Position numbers and translations under genes: made by a program. The notes beneath the pieces were generated by a model that was given only the letters and a program-made list of their open reading frames with translations, was not told the DNA's origin and ran no database searches. A stretch of DNA of 64,000 nt from Eledone cirrhosa. Lineage: Eukaryota. Numbering within the stretch: position 1 is the first letter of the stretch; each line of letters opens with the position of its first letter. The DNA is taken from positions 5,022,001 through 5,086,000 of the forward strand of contig OZ024750.1 in the NCBI GenBank assembly GCA_964016885.1, written 5' to 3'. Below, piece by piece: positions 15,205 through 29,600 of this stretch.

Positions 15205-15888
15205 TGTGTGTGTGGACGTTGATTCCTTGGCAGTTGTCATAATCAAATATTCAACATTGTTGAATATTTAATTCAAAGATGAGTCTGCATGAGTCACTAC
15301 TCTGAGTTTCTCAGTTGCCTGGTTTTTCGCACACACACACACACACACACTCACATACACATATATGAATTTAGCTCGGATGGGGGTGTGGGGGCATACA
15401 GAGAACATGCTGGCACACACATAGTACATACAGATCAATATATGCACACATACATATATACATACAAAGATACACACACACACACACTCATGCATATCCT
15501 ACAAGTTTATAGATATACAGTGAGGTTATTTTTCAGAAAATATTTATCAATGAAAAATCTACCAATGGTTTCTAGAAAGCCAACGATAGCTGTCCATTTA
15601 ATGCAGACGATAAGGTAGAGAGAGAGAGAGAGGTGCTGGCTTCGTAAGACTGAAATAACTTACGAATGCACCACTCTCAACTAGGATTGGTTGTTTAAAT
15701 ACAAACTGATGAGCAGGCAGTCAGACAAACTGACTCACAGACAGTGTGCACACACGTGTGCGCCGTGGACACACACATATACGAATAGAAAGGTGTACAC
15801 TCTCAAACGCACACATGATTACAGACTTACTCATACATTCACACAGATAGACAAATATACACAATCACAAAGTAACGCATACACACAC

Positions 15889-15962
<74 letters not shown>

Positions 15963-16554
15963 ACACACACACACACACACAGAGAGAAACACACACACAC
16001 ACAGCAGCAACATAAGAAAAACTACGATATTTAGGCTGATATAGAGTTAGTCATTGTATCATCCTCGTCATGGCCAGAAATCCACCCGTAATTGTATGCG
16101 ATGCATGCGGGGTAGACAGGCGGGAAAAGTAGAATATAATTTATTCATTCTTCTGTTCTTTGAAAGGCAATTAAAGGTGGAGCCAAAATTTGGCATCTCC
16201 CTCATAAACCGTATTTGGGGATCTCTGTAGAACTGTAGGAGTTAGCGAAGCATGCTAGGCGTGTCCTCCAAACGAACAACAAGCTACCTTATTACTATAT
16301 CATTAGAATAGATTCAAAGAGCCGTTTGTGTGGAGGCAAGCTTGTGATTGACAAGTAAGGCTTTGACCATAATTGGTTCGGAAGTTCAGCCAAAGCTGAT
16401 TCCTACCAGTCTTCTTCTCCTCTCAACACATCGCCGCCATTATTGTAGAACGAAGTTATTTTCAACTTTTCGTTTTCGCCGTTTGTTCTTTCTTAACAAC
16501 TCATACAAAATCAGATTGTGATTGATTGATAGATATAACACACACACACACACG

Positions 16555-16655
<101 letters not shown>

Positions 16656-16681
16656 TCCGATCAATTGTGTGTGTATATATA

Positions 16682-16738
<57 letters not shown>

Positions 16739-17024
16739 TATCAAACAACCATAGTGTATGTGTGTGATACACACACAATATAAGCAATTGACCGCTGCCT
16801 TTCCCTTAACTCCTATAGCCCCTATAGTTCCTGTAAAATTTCATACAGCTTTCTTGTCCCAGCCATTCAACCATGGAACCATGTCAACGGTCGAAGAATT
16901 AAATATAGTTGATTCCGCTTAATTTCATAGCAGAGAATTATAAAATTGGTAGAGTAATTTATAGATGGAAATAACCTTTGTTTTTGGTTAATTTATATTT
17001 TTACTGCGGCCAAGCTGAAGCACC

Positions 17025-17496
17025 GCTTGAATCCGAGATTGTATTCTTTCGGCCATTACACAAGATTCGTAAAAATAGGTAAGGGTTGGCACGAATATAG
17101 CGAATTGAAGAAAGCGAGTTTGGGTTTTATATCTACCTCACTTCATCTGATTATTGAATGCTGAAGCTGGCACATTACTGCACCAGATCTTGCATTTCTT
17201 GCACTTAATTCAGCCTCCAGCCTTCCATCACTCGTAAATATGGCCCCAAGATACTTGAACTTCTCCACCTGCTTCAGTGGAACTCCATTAACATGTAGAG
17301 TGCACTGCGCAGGCCTCTTTGAGAGGAGGAGTGTCGCGGTCTTCGCAGTACTGATTTTTATCCCTGTCGTACAGCACTCGGCAGCAAACCTATCAAGTGC
17401 ATGTCGGACCTCACCTTCTAACGGGTTAAGTAGTACCATGCCCGCAAATTCTAGCTGGCTGACCCTACACTTACAAGTCTTGATACCACTTCCAAC

Positions 17497-17531
<35 letters not shown>

Positions 17532-18075
17532 CATACTCTTGCAGAACCTTCTACAACATATCCCGTGGAACGCGGTTATGTGCCTTTTCTCAAAGACCTA
17601 CCACAGTGTGAATATGTGGTCGTCTTTGCTGCGTCCGGGGCCAAAACCACTCTGTTCATCAGCTTGCTTGGACTCCCCGACAATCTCGCTCCATCCTTTT
17701 CCCAGACACTTAGCACAGACTTTACCAGGGATGCTTAACAAGGAGATCCCTCAATAATTGGAGCAATCTTTCTTGTCTCCATTTTTGAAAATTGGGATTA
17801 TCACCCCCGATTGCCGTTTCTAAGGCGCCTTTCCAGAGATCCTGGATATCCAGTACACATGAGGCCGCCAAAGAAAACCTTCTCTATTTAAGGCTTTTAA
17901 CCTCTCGGGCCGAATTTTATCTTCCCCAGCGGCCTTGCTACATTTGAGCTCTTTAACTGCTCTTGCAGCCTCATCCCCGAGAGGTAAGTCATCACCTCGT
18001 GTACATCAGAAGGTGTTGTTGTGACCAGGTTTAGGAGATCAGCAAAGTATTCTCTCCAGCTCACGAAGACGCACC
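17025..18075 (-). mobile_element. RTE-clade LINE reverse transcriptase fragment (decayed, with internal deletions)
   Basis: Minus-strand translations WREYFADLLN, PIFKNGDKKDCSNY*GISLLSIPGK, ALDRFAAEC..IKISTAKT, QVEKFKYLGAIFTSDG; stops, frameshifts and a (TA)n insertion at ~17500. Confidence 0.92.
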
Positions 18076-18339
18076 TCCTCTCTAAAGAGAGAACTCTAGA
18101 TACATTCCTGATAGCAGACGTGGAGGAGGGCTTCTTGTTACATAAACACAGAATTAATGATATGGAGACAGCCGAACTAATCATGTTATGCATCTATCTT
18201 CTAGAAACATAAATTCGTGTCCAGCATAAATACACGTATTTAGTTTAATATATACATATATAAGGCGGGTAAAATTCCCGATATATATATATATATGTAT
18301 ATGTATGTATATATATATGATTTATTTTCATGTCTCGTT

Positions 18340-18878
18340 ATGATATTACACTATATTTTATTATTAAATATCATATTATACTATATCTTATTATATTATA
18401 TCATTATATTATACTATATTATACAATATCACACTATATTATATTATCACACTATAATATATTATATATTATTAAATATCATAATATATTATATTACACT
18501 ATATTATATTATATTATAATATATTATACTATACTATATTATATTATATCATAATGCATTCATTATACTATATTATATTATATTACATTATATTATATTA
18601 AACTATAATATATCATATTATACTATACTATATTATACTATATTATATTACACTATATTATATACGAGGTTAACTTTGCCTTTCATCCTTACGGGGTCGA
18701 TAAAATAAAGTACCAGTAATGTACTGAGTAATTGCTGGCCTTGTGCCTAAAGTAGAAACAATTATATACTATACTATATTAAACTATATCACACTATATT
18801 ATATTTTATTATATTATATTATATTATATTATATTATATTATATTATATTATATTATATTATATTATATTATATTATA
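18340..18878. repeat. (TATTA)n array interrupted by a truncated SINE
   Basis: Direct reading. Confidence 0.9.
18666..18760 (+). mobile_element. 5'-truncated SINE family A copy
   Basis: Near-identical to 13916-14008. Confidence 0.85.
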
Positions 18879-19298
18879 GCTACAAAGTCGATGTAATTCA
18901 ATCTAATATTTATATTTATCGAGCACTTTGATAAAGTTTACACGAAAATACTCTCTTGATATTTTGAGAAATAGTTATAAATATTATAGTAAATGTTATT
19001 TAGTTACTATTAAATTTGTGTCGGTGAGTACTTTACTATATATTTACATATTGTCGGTATTTAATAAAGATTTGACATTTCCATTGTTTATACTGTGTTA
19101 TGGTTCCAATGAAAGCCAACTTTCGAAAAAAACAGTAATTCTTACACTTTTTTACTTCGCTGTCTGCTGATAAAAACAACAGATGTATGTTTGTGTGTGT
19201 TTATGTGTGTGTGGTGCGTATATATATGTGTGTTTATATATATGTGTGTGTGCGTGTGCGCATATATATATGTGTGTGTGTTTGTTTATGTTTGTGCG

Positions 19299-19342
<44 letters not shown>

Positions 19343-19601
19343 TGCGTATGTATGTGTGTGTTTGTGTTTAAGAGTGTGTATATATGTATATATAATTATA
19401 GAATCAAATGCCCGACGGTTAAGCTCAAACAATTGTTATTGAAACGGTTTAAGCTTAGCCGTTGGGCATTAAAGTCTGTAATAATATTTATACTCTACTT
19501 TCCTTAAGAATGAAGTCACTAATTTGAATAATAGTCTTACTTGTTTTAACTAGTAATATCTCATCAAACGATCAGATCACGTCTCCGACTATATATAGTA
19601 G

Positions 19602-19641
<40 letters not shown>

Positions 19642-19642
19642 G

Positions 19643-19682
<40 letters not shown>

Positions 19683-22600
19683 GGAATATATATATATATA
19701 TATATATATATGAATAAAACAAAGACTTTTCTATCTGAATCAATTGAATCTTGACCTTTTGAACTCTACTTCCACCGACAACAATTACATACATACATAC
19801 ATGCATGCATGCATACATACATAGATACATGCAGGCAGGCAGGCAGGCAGGCAGGCAGGCATGCATGCATGGCACTTTTGTATAATAGCTCGCAAAACAC
19901 AATTTATTAATCACAATTAATTTATCAAAATATGAAATATATTTGCTAAGACTTCAATTTACTTGAGGCACCAAATATAGAAATATTTGTTTTGTTGGAT
20001 TAAACAAAACGAAATGCTTAGAATACATTTCTGACTAACTACACCCGGGCTTTCTTCATGGGTGAAAACAACTTCCCGCTTTCTTCCTTTTCTTTTTCTT
20101 GTCGATCTTTCTTTTTCTTCTTCTCTCTCTCTCTCTTCCACTCTCTTTCTCTCATTCTATCTTCCGACGAAGGACTAGTGTCCGAAACGATACGACTATT
20201 TTCCTACTATATCAAGTGTTAAACTCATATATATCAATATTGTACTCTCGTCGTGTTGGTTTTCGTTTTCCTTGTTAAACTGACTTTTTCTTAGATAAAA
20301 GTGCAACTTTTTCTTATCTAAAAGTGACATTTTTCTCAGCCAAAAATGTTTTTTTTTTCTTCTTTCTGTGATGTTATTTCTCTTCACAGTTTTACCATAA
20401 TTTATCGGTAAATTATACTTTTCAGTTGTTGGAATTCGAGACATCCAGGAGAGTTGGACAGCTGACAAACGAGGTTCTTGTCATCGTTGGCGGCTCGCCT
20501 TATTGAAGTATCAGGTGATATTTCTGATGAAGTGCTTGGCTATTCCACTGCCTTAGCCTCACTATCATCCACGACAATGCCATGAATGTCTTGGTTTCTT
20601 TCAAACCGACATTCCCTGTTGTAGTTTGTAATTAAATGTGTCTTATCTCGTTTTTTTTTTCTTTCTGACTGGATTTGTTTCTTTTGCGAACTATACACAT
20701 TTTATAAATTGAAATAAAACCTTCGTTTATTTTCATTTTATCGATCCCAGAAAGGGTGGAAAACAAAGCCAACAATCCATGTTGTAGTGTAGGTACGAGC
20801 AGTTGGCCGCCTAGGACGCGCTACTAAAATAATTCAAGGCAATTTTGAAATTAAGTGTGCCATTCAGAGAGCTAAATGAGCCGTATGTGGCTCACGGGCC
20901 GCAGTTTTCTCATGACTGTTGTAGTGTATAATCAAGTGTACATATTTCTCTTGTCTTTCGTCTCCAGTTTTTTTCCTACTCTGATTAATTTCTATTTTTA
21001 CATTCGTAGCTGCATCTGTTCAATAAAATTATGTTTATATCAACTCCATTTGAAGAGCTAACCTATGTAAAGAGAATTTTATTTCGCTATTTATCTCGTG
21101 TTTTACCAACAGTAAAACAAGAGAAATACCGTCTTATTTTTCACGTTACTGAGCTGCTAAAAATAAACCAATATACTAAAAATGGCAGGCTTTTATGACT
21201 TCCTACACAGTCAGTCCGTTGTGAAGTGGTATAGTTAGTGTTATAAACAGGACTGGCGCTAACTAGGCAGCTGACAAGGGCCCACACCTCAGGCGAGGTA
21301 CATTTCTGAACGTTAAATGACCAATTTTAGACACAAATTATATATGTATTAATTTCCTGCGATCAATAAATAAATCGATACACATCTTTGATGAGTAGCT
21401 CCAGAGGGTCATATTGTATTATGACCTGTCATTTGATTTGTCGTGGGTCAATGTGGACTGTATAGTGCATAATGCCGGCTTAGTCATCTTTTTAGTATGG
21501 CCAAAGAAAGAAATGTAAAAACAAACTAGTTGTAAGTTAGAATTATTTTATTTCGGAGAAAGGAGCAGATTGTGGGACTAGCCTAGGGTGCTAGATACCC
21601 AGGTGCTGGCCCTGGAAGGGGCATAGATAAACTTTCTTGGTTCTATAATACAAAGCTGTGTGTATATAATATATATACACACACACACACGTTATCAGCT
21701 CCACCAGGTGGACTCCGATATATATATAAGCTATCATAATTTTATATAAGAACTTTTGTTAAGTTATGTCCCAGATACTAATTTGATAATTTGATTATGT
21801 TCAAAATGATTTAAAGATTTAGACAGTGTCTTTCATTAGAAATATGGCTATGAAAGGGTTTAAGTATTTATCACCACCATCATCGTTTTTGCGTCCATGC
21901 TTCGTTCATAATTTTATCTAAGAAACTTGGTTAAGTTATGTTCCAAACACCAATCTAATACAGAGAAAATGAGTTACATTACTAAATCCCTCCAAATGTT
22001 TTTATTGTTTTCAAAATAATATAAAACCCATAAGACAGAGTCTTCCATTAGAAATATAGTAAGGAAAGGGGTTAAAGACAGTGTTTTTCATTAGAAATAT
22101 GGTGTCCTCTATCCCCAGACTGCCATTTTCGTCCACCAAATTGGGAGGAGTGTATCTCGCCTGAGAAAGGAACCCCACGAGAGGGAATGGCTGATGCAGT
22201 GGTTATCACTGGCTATTCTCTACGGTAATACTTTCATCATCTTGTCTGTAGGGACACAGCTGAGGGATATTCCAAACTACCAACCCCATTTATCTCACCA
22301 TTTCTTTATTTTTATCCCTTTTCTCGTATTTCCTGTTTGTAAATATATTAAACTAAATATATTTGGATTTTTTTAAATTTATTTTTTAGTAAATATATAA
22401 AATATTGGGTTGAGAAAGGTTCGTAGTTTGGAGGGAGAGAGAGAGAGGGAGTTAAAAGATAAGTGGAGAGGGAGGAGGGAGATATAGATAGATACAGAGA
22501 GAGAGAACTGCACCTGAGAGGAAATAGAAGTTATGTTATCAGCAACTTCTGTTGTCATTGAAAGCCATCCTATAATTTGTCATCACACTTTTCCATGCTG

Positions 22601-24036
22601 ACTTGTGGTCACACACACACACACATACATGCATATATATATATATATATATGTCACACACACACACACACACATATACTTCCTTATACATATGTTCACA
22701 ATCACACACATAATATATATATATATCCTTTTACATTTATACATATACACACATATGCGTGTATATACATACACACACATAGGTTTTTGTAACTTGTTAC
22801 AACCAATCCTACTTTTAGTGTTTCCTTGTGGTTAGTGTTGGTGGGGAGTAGGGGAGTGTTGGTGGGGAGTAGGGGAGTGTTGGTAGTTATACAGAGATAC
22901 TGTAGTACAGCAATTACTACATAACTTCTGACTTTACTGTTCCTATCTGTGGGAGTGCTGTGTGTATTGTGTGTGTGTTCTCTTGTGGATGTATGTGTAT
23001 ATCATCATTTTACGTCCACTTTTCCCTGCTTACAAGGGCAGGACGGGTCCTATTCAGCACAGCATCTCTCCACTTGTCACGGTCCTTTGTCATCTCCTCT
23101 GAGGTCTGTTCTCCCCAACCTCCGCCCATATGTGTGTGTGTATATATATATGTGTGTCCAGTCAAGTTTGTGTGTGTTCTTTAGTGTATGTATATATATA
23201 ATACATATATCGTCCAGTCGTGTGTGTGTGTGACAATAAGTATATTTCCAGCGGGATGGTTCCCAATGTCAATCATGGTCTCTGGGTTCAAATCCCATCG
23301 TTTATCGGGTGCTATGGTTGCATCTCATAGGTCTATCGGGTGTTTTAATGATAGGGTCCCAGTTTTATGAAAATAAATGTGAAATGAAGTTCATATGCCA
23401 GCAAGCCAGTCTAGGAATTGAACCCACAACCCTTACTAGGCTACACACCCAGTGGCATGCGTTCCCATTGTAGAAAATAATTATTTAATTATTCAGTTTT
23501 GAAGTGTAGATTACTAGACTAATTATCATAGCACTTAATTAAGGACATTAACATTTTGGGACAGTATATGTAATAAATAAGTTGTATAAACTTGTTTTCG
23601 AATCTGTTAAATTTTGTTTTGAAAGAGATGGTATCACTATGTGAGGCTATTGTCTCTCAAATACACCATTACATGGTGATTATAATTCCCATTTTCATGC
23701 AGCATTCAAGATTATGTCTGGAAATATTAATTTTCAAACCAAATCAACTGTTAATCCAGTTAAGAGTCAACACCTCTGACATGTTAACCCAGTACAACCA
23801 ATTCAACTGTCAAATATTTTCCAATGATCTAATCTATACAAGAGTAACAATAAAAAAAAAAAAGATAAATCAACTTTTAACATCCTGTAAAGATTAAGCA
23901 TAAAATAAAAACAGGTTTGTTAATTCAAATGTTTATAGTATCTTTACAAGCAGACAGATCATTGGGAAAATTTTCAATATTAGAATAATAAACTTTAATT
24001 TTTAATGTAATAGCCATGTCATAATGCTGTTAAGTA

Positions 24037-24188
24037 CCGTATTTCCCGGTGCCGAGAACGCACCCCAATTTTGACAACCAAAAATTTGAACAAAAAATAA
24101 TAAATAACCTTCAGCCTCCAGGACGCATGGTAAATTTTTGAGACTTATTTTAGGAAAAAAGTAGCATCTTCAATGCCGAGAAATACGG
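24037..24188. mobile_element. Tc1/mariner (pogo/Tc2-like) MITE with TA TSD
   Basis: TA-CCGTATTTCCCGG...CCGAGAAATACGG-TA, imperfect ~25-bp TIRs. Confidence 0.82.
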
Positions 24189-24278
24189 TACTTTTCAAGA
24201 ATGCCATACAAATGTGGTACAGGATGTTAAGAGTTCAAATAAATAGCTCAAGAGATCCAATATTATAATTGTTGGTAA

Positions 24279-24284
24279 TTTATT
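24279..24284 (-). promoter_or_regulatory. Candidate polyadenylation signal AATAAA for GOLGA2
   Basis: tttatt on the + strand about 165 nt past the stop; other sites are possible. Confidence 0.35.
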
Positions 24285-24447
24285 TATACAATCATTCATC
24301 TGTTAACAGTCATAATAACAAAACCAGTAACACTTATAACATACAGCCATAGAATAGGCACCTCTATATGGCTCTTGTTTATGATACATATTGTATATAT
24401 AATATACAGTAATAAACATAGTGTGCTCATATTGCTTGAAACATTAA

Positions 24448-24782
24448 CTATACGTCTTTTACAGTGCCTTTGCAGTATTTACAAGGCAAGAACTTGCGCC
24501 CTCCATATGGAACAGTATCACATAAGTTGCTGTCTATTTCAGAAAACAAATCCAGTATCTTTCTTGCAGTAGGATTATTGTCACCAATGTGAGGTTTTAC
24601 ATGCAATTGTTCACATTTTGGTGAATTATGGTGAGGCACTAGTGAAAGATCTATGTTTTTCTCTAGCTGTGACTTAAAAGCCTGTTCTTCCGGTAGATCA
24701 GCTATATGTTCCATTGATCCATCAGCTACAATAGCTTCAACTACGCTCTCAGATGAATTAGTGCTGCTGTAGTCTGGCCAGT
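24448..24782 (-). CDS. GOLGA2: GOLGA2 terminal exon (DWPDYSS...[10 protein letters not shown]...FLPCKYCKGTVKDV*)
   Basis: ttgcag acceptor, TAG stop; GM130 C-terminal NPTA motif and hydrophobic PDZ-ligand end. Confidence 0.95.
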
Positions 24783-26656
24783 CTGCAAATAGAAAAGATT
24801 TATTTATTTACTGAAATAACATTTTACACACATCTTTTATTACTTCTACTTTTTACCATTGTCTCCATCACTATTGCTGTGTTTCTATTTAATCCCCTTG
24901 CCAACAACTGTAATGTAGCTGTCTATGTGTCTCTTTTACATTCCTCTTCTCTGGGCCCCCTTTCACCACTCTCTCCCTCTTTTAACTGACACGAATGAGA
25001 CAAACTTCTGGATTCAGTGAATGAATGAACAGTGACAACATAGGTTCCTAGTGCCATGATAATATACACCTATGGTCTGTACAGTGATTGGAAATTAAAC
25101 AAAAACAATATAGTTTAGAGAAGAGCCTTTAGTCTTGTCAAAGGGGACATAACCATTTTAATGCTAGTACTACAATAAAATACATCCAGCGGTAGAAAAC
25201 ATGCCGAAAATGGAATGTACAAGTGAGTCATGGTTTAGGAGGACAGTAACTCCAAATATGAACTGACTTGGTCTGTGACAACCTGTTCAATTCAGGCCAA
25301 TATGGAAAAGATATAAAATGATAAATTAAAATTTATTAGCTCACACCTATATAGGTTTAGCTGGACTTCTACACGGCTGCATTTCATAGGTGTCTTAGTT
25401 CTACCATGAAAAGCAATGTGAAACAAAACATCTTGCTCAAGAACACTGAACTACTTAAGCCATGAGGAAGGGTCAGTCAATAATTTGAATCAAATAATTT
25501 TCTAATAACCCTTGCTAAGATTTCTGATAATCTATGAATCATATAATCATGAAACTAGATTTCTTAAATATTAGATACTAGACATATACTCAGATGTTAA
25601 ATGATACAAGGGACATAATTTTAAATAAAACAAAGTACGAAACTACCAAGTTGCCTCCCTTCGCAACACGTGATCTATGTTCATTTGTTGATATGAATGA
25701 AGATCATTTTCATTTTAATATCTGTTTGAATGCTTAAACCGGTTTCTCCAATACAACCAACTTTCAGTTGTTGCATTATTTCGTCATCTCGTCTATATAT
25801 ATATGTTTGCATGCATTGAACGTGTCTTCTCCAGTACAGCTACCTTCCTCATCTCGTCTATATATATATGTTTGTATGTGTTAAACGGGTCTTCTTCTCC
25901 AGTACAGCTGTATATATATGTTTGTCAGTTGAATGTGTCATATCCTCTGCAGAGATCAGTTTTCAGATCAGCTTTCATCATTAAACATTTTTTTTAAAGA
26001 ATATGTACACTGTATCCTTGAGTGTCATAAAAGGCAATTAAAAGAGTTGGCGATGGGAAGTGCATCTGGCATTATCTCAGAAATGACCCCATGATAATTA
26101 TATGGCACCTATCAGTCAGGGGGGTTTGTAAGGTTAACCTCTGCTTAAGCAGATTACACTCATGGAGAGAAGGGCTGTACCCATGACCCTTTTCTGGGCT
26201 TCTAATACTTGTTATTGACTCCCTCATAATTCTTGATTAGCTTCCAAATAGAGATATGGTAAGAAAAGGGTTAATTCTTACCTTCTGGGTATTTACTGAC
26301 CCCATTCATAATAGTTGGACCATGAATGTGGGGTTGAATATCATTGGGATGGTTTACATTGCTCTCATTAATGTTCTCATGATACTCCTTTGATAGTAAG
26401 GTTTCACTCATTTTTTCACTTGTTAAGTTACCTTTATTTTGTAACATTTGTACCACAAGTCCTTGCAGCTTAGCTAGCTTGCCCTTGAAATATAGACAGA
26501 TTTAATGACTATCAGTCAACATCAAAGTTAAATTATACATATATATATACATACATACACACATACATATACACATACACACATATATATATACACACAC
26601 ATATATATATACATGTATTCGTGATATCCACCCTGTTAGAGCGAAAACAAATTTTG

Positions 26657-26687
<31 letters not shown>

Positions 26688-29600
26688 GTGAACAACACAA
26701 AATATAACTACGCCATTACCAAAGGTTTCTGGATCTGTTCACTTTCTAATTAAATAGCTCTGTTCTATACATAGAGCACTCTTTTTTCCTTTGCTTTTCC
26801 TTCGGAATTACCGAACATATAAATATATATATAAGACATTTCAGAACATACTTGTAATTCTTCTCTGTCTTTAGCTAGTCGAGAAATATAATCATTCTTC
26901 TGGAATTCTCGCTGCTGTAATAAGGCTCTTTGGTGATGGTAGAGAGAAATATATTCCCCTGAAACAAACAACACAACATATTGGTTATATAAGTTAACAG
27001 TGAAACATGGGAAAGAAATTGGAAGTTAAGATTATAAGAAAAGAAAAGAATACTTGAATACTTTTATTTCTTTTGTTTTTAGTGTATTGTATAGATGTGT
27101 CACCTGGTCAGGTAATTAAACCCACAACTTTATGATCATGAACCCAACACTAACCACTGGGCCCCATGCCTTCACCTAAGTCAGAAGCTCATCATATAGA
27201 CTGCACCTGTAATTCCAAGGGCCAGACTTGTCACACTGTCATATACGTGACTGGAATGCTCAGTCACTTGCAGGTTAATTTCATGAGCAGGCTCCTCCAT
27301 TGATAAAACAACTGGAACACTTCCCATCAAAGTCAACAAGAGTCCATCATTCCATTCCCTTCCAATTCCACACCTGACAGGCTTAAAGGGGTCATAACTG
27401 ACAGGCTTAAAGGGGTCATAACTGAAATGGAAGGAACACAACTGGTAAATTGAGGGAAAGATCTGAGATATGAAACCTTGTGATAAAAATGATAAAAAAA
27501 CAATCAATAACTACCTACACACCTGTTGTATCTGCTCAATGTGATAAAAACGAATCAAATCAATACCTAATATATTTGTTCAACAAAGTGATATAAACCA
27601 ATCAATAATTAGATATCTATCATATCTGTTCAATAAAAACCAATCAATAATTACACACCTATCGTATCTGTCTCCCCTTGTAACTGCAGCACTAAATGTT
27701 CAAGTTGGTCAGCTTTATCAGACAGATCAGCTTTGTCTCGCATCGCTCGAGTATATTTATCCTGTAATGGGAGAAATAAGAGATTATCAGTCTTGAGAGG
27801 GGACTATTAGTGTTGTAGTGAGGAAGGGTGTCCAGCTATACATTACTTCAAAAAGAACCCCCCCATAATTATGAAGCTTATCATGGGGTCCATGACACTA
27901 ATTCTTGCTTTAGCAGAGAAAATAAAAATAATAATGATAATAATAATGAAATTATCATGTACAGTGCTCAGGTGCACTACACCTCATCAAAGGTGCATGT
28001 ATAGTACATAGAATAATATACAAATGTCAAGGAAGTGAATAGTATATGAGTCATGATATGCATGTGTGTATGTGTATGGAGGGGGAATATTAGGTGTAGT
28101 GTTGATGAATCTCAGGAAGCATGGAAGTTTTAAAGGATGTAGTGTCTCGACAGCTACCAACTGATGCAGGTACTTTGTTCCATGCTTCAGCAACTCTGAG
28201 CGTAAAAAAAATGTTTCTGAAAGTCATGGGAGCTGTGCTGTTTTCCGACTTTGTTGGCCTGCCTACGTGTGTTAGATACATGGAAATCAAAAAGGTATTC
28301 AGGGTTGTTGTTGGCAAAATGGTTAATAATTTTGTGGGTGGCCTAAAATGTTCAGTTCTCATTTCATCTGAGAACAGTTGTAAATTAAGTATTAGAATAA
28401 CCTAAGAATGTTCCGTAAATAGACAGAAAATTGTTTGTATCAAGTGAAATGGTAACGAAAGGTTCAACAAGAATTTAACACCAACTGAACATCTTAATCC
28501 CAACTAACCTGTATTATTTCCATGGTTTTCTTCAATTTCTCAAACTCAACTCGGCTCACAATGTTCTCGTCCGGATTAGCTGTTCAAAAGTAGAGGATAT
28601 AGTGAATTATTATGATGATGATGATGATGATATCTGTGTCTGGTTTAGAAAGGTACACCATCTGTTCAAATCTTGCTGACGTTTTTGCCAGGAGTTGCAT
28701 CGATAGTATCGACAATGGAAAGACCAATGGAAACTGTGTTTCCTCGGTTTGATCCGACTACCAGCTGCTTTCTTCTGCCAGGATTTGCAACTAACAGAGT
28801 TTCCAAGGTCTGATCTAAAAATATCATAAATTACAACTTACTGGTCATTTTTAATTGTTCCTCAACATCAGCAACTTTTACACTCAAATTGTCGGAGAGA
28901 TTTCGCTGATCCTGCAAGTTTTCAATTAATTGGTTACGTTCCGCTTCAAGTTGACAAATAGTAGCTTGTAAGGATTGAATCTGGAAAACACACAAAGTAG
29001 TAACTCATCATCATCAACATCACATCATTATCATCATCATCATCACATCTTTCTAGGCTGGTATGGGTTAGATGGGTCATCACAGTTTGAGACTTGAGTC
29101 AGAGAGAGACTTCATGTGGCTCATATGTTCCATATATGGCATGGTTTCTATGGCTGGATGCCCTTCCTAATACCAACCACCTTACAAGATATACCAGGTA
29201 CATTTTATCAGGGCACCGACACTAACACTTTACAGAGTGTACCGGGTGCACTTTAGCATAGCACTAATAATAAAACTGATGTAAACCTGGTGTTGAGTCG
29301 AGGGTGGTGGATTGGCAGAACAATGGACAAAATGCCTTAAGTTATTTGATGGTGGTGACAATGATGATGATGGATTTATTTAGAAGAGACATGAAGAAAT
29401 AAAAATATAAAAAGATTCAAGTACATACAATGGTGTCATTCTTCTCATCCTTTGATTCATCATAAATATCTTTGTTATCACGGGACTTTACAAGCATATT
29501 CCTCAACTCGGAGTTTTGTGTTGTCAGAGCATTCATCATATCCTACAAATAAATACATTTATATATATTTCAATTTAAATTAAAATCTTCCATCATAATT

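Noticed and set aside
20426-20514. Possible + strand exon (tttcag...gtgata)
   Set aside because: Weak donor, no recognisable peptide and no partner exons.
21248-21614. Possible hAT MITE (CAGGACTGGCGC...GTGCTGGCCCTG)
   Set aside because: The termini are only imperfectly inverted and no 8-bp TSD is visible.
28509-28980. Single long GOLGA2 exon
   Set aside because: The frame does not close; it resolves as two exons (28842-28980 and 28509-28579) around a 262-bp GT-AG intron.
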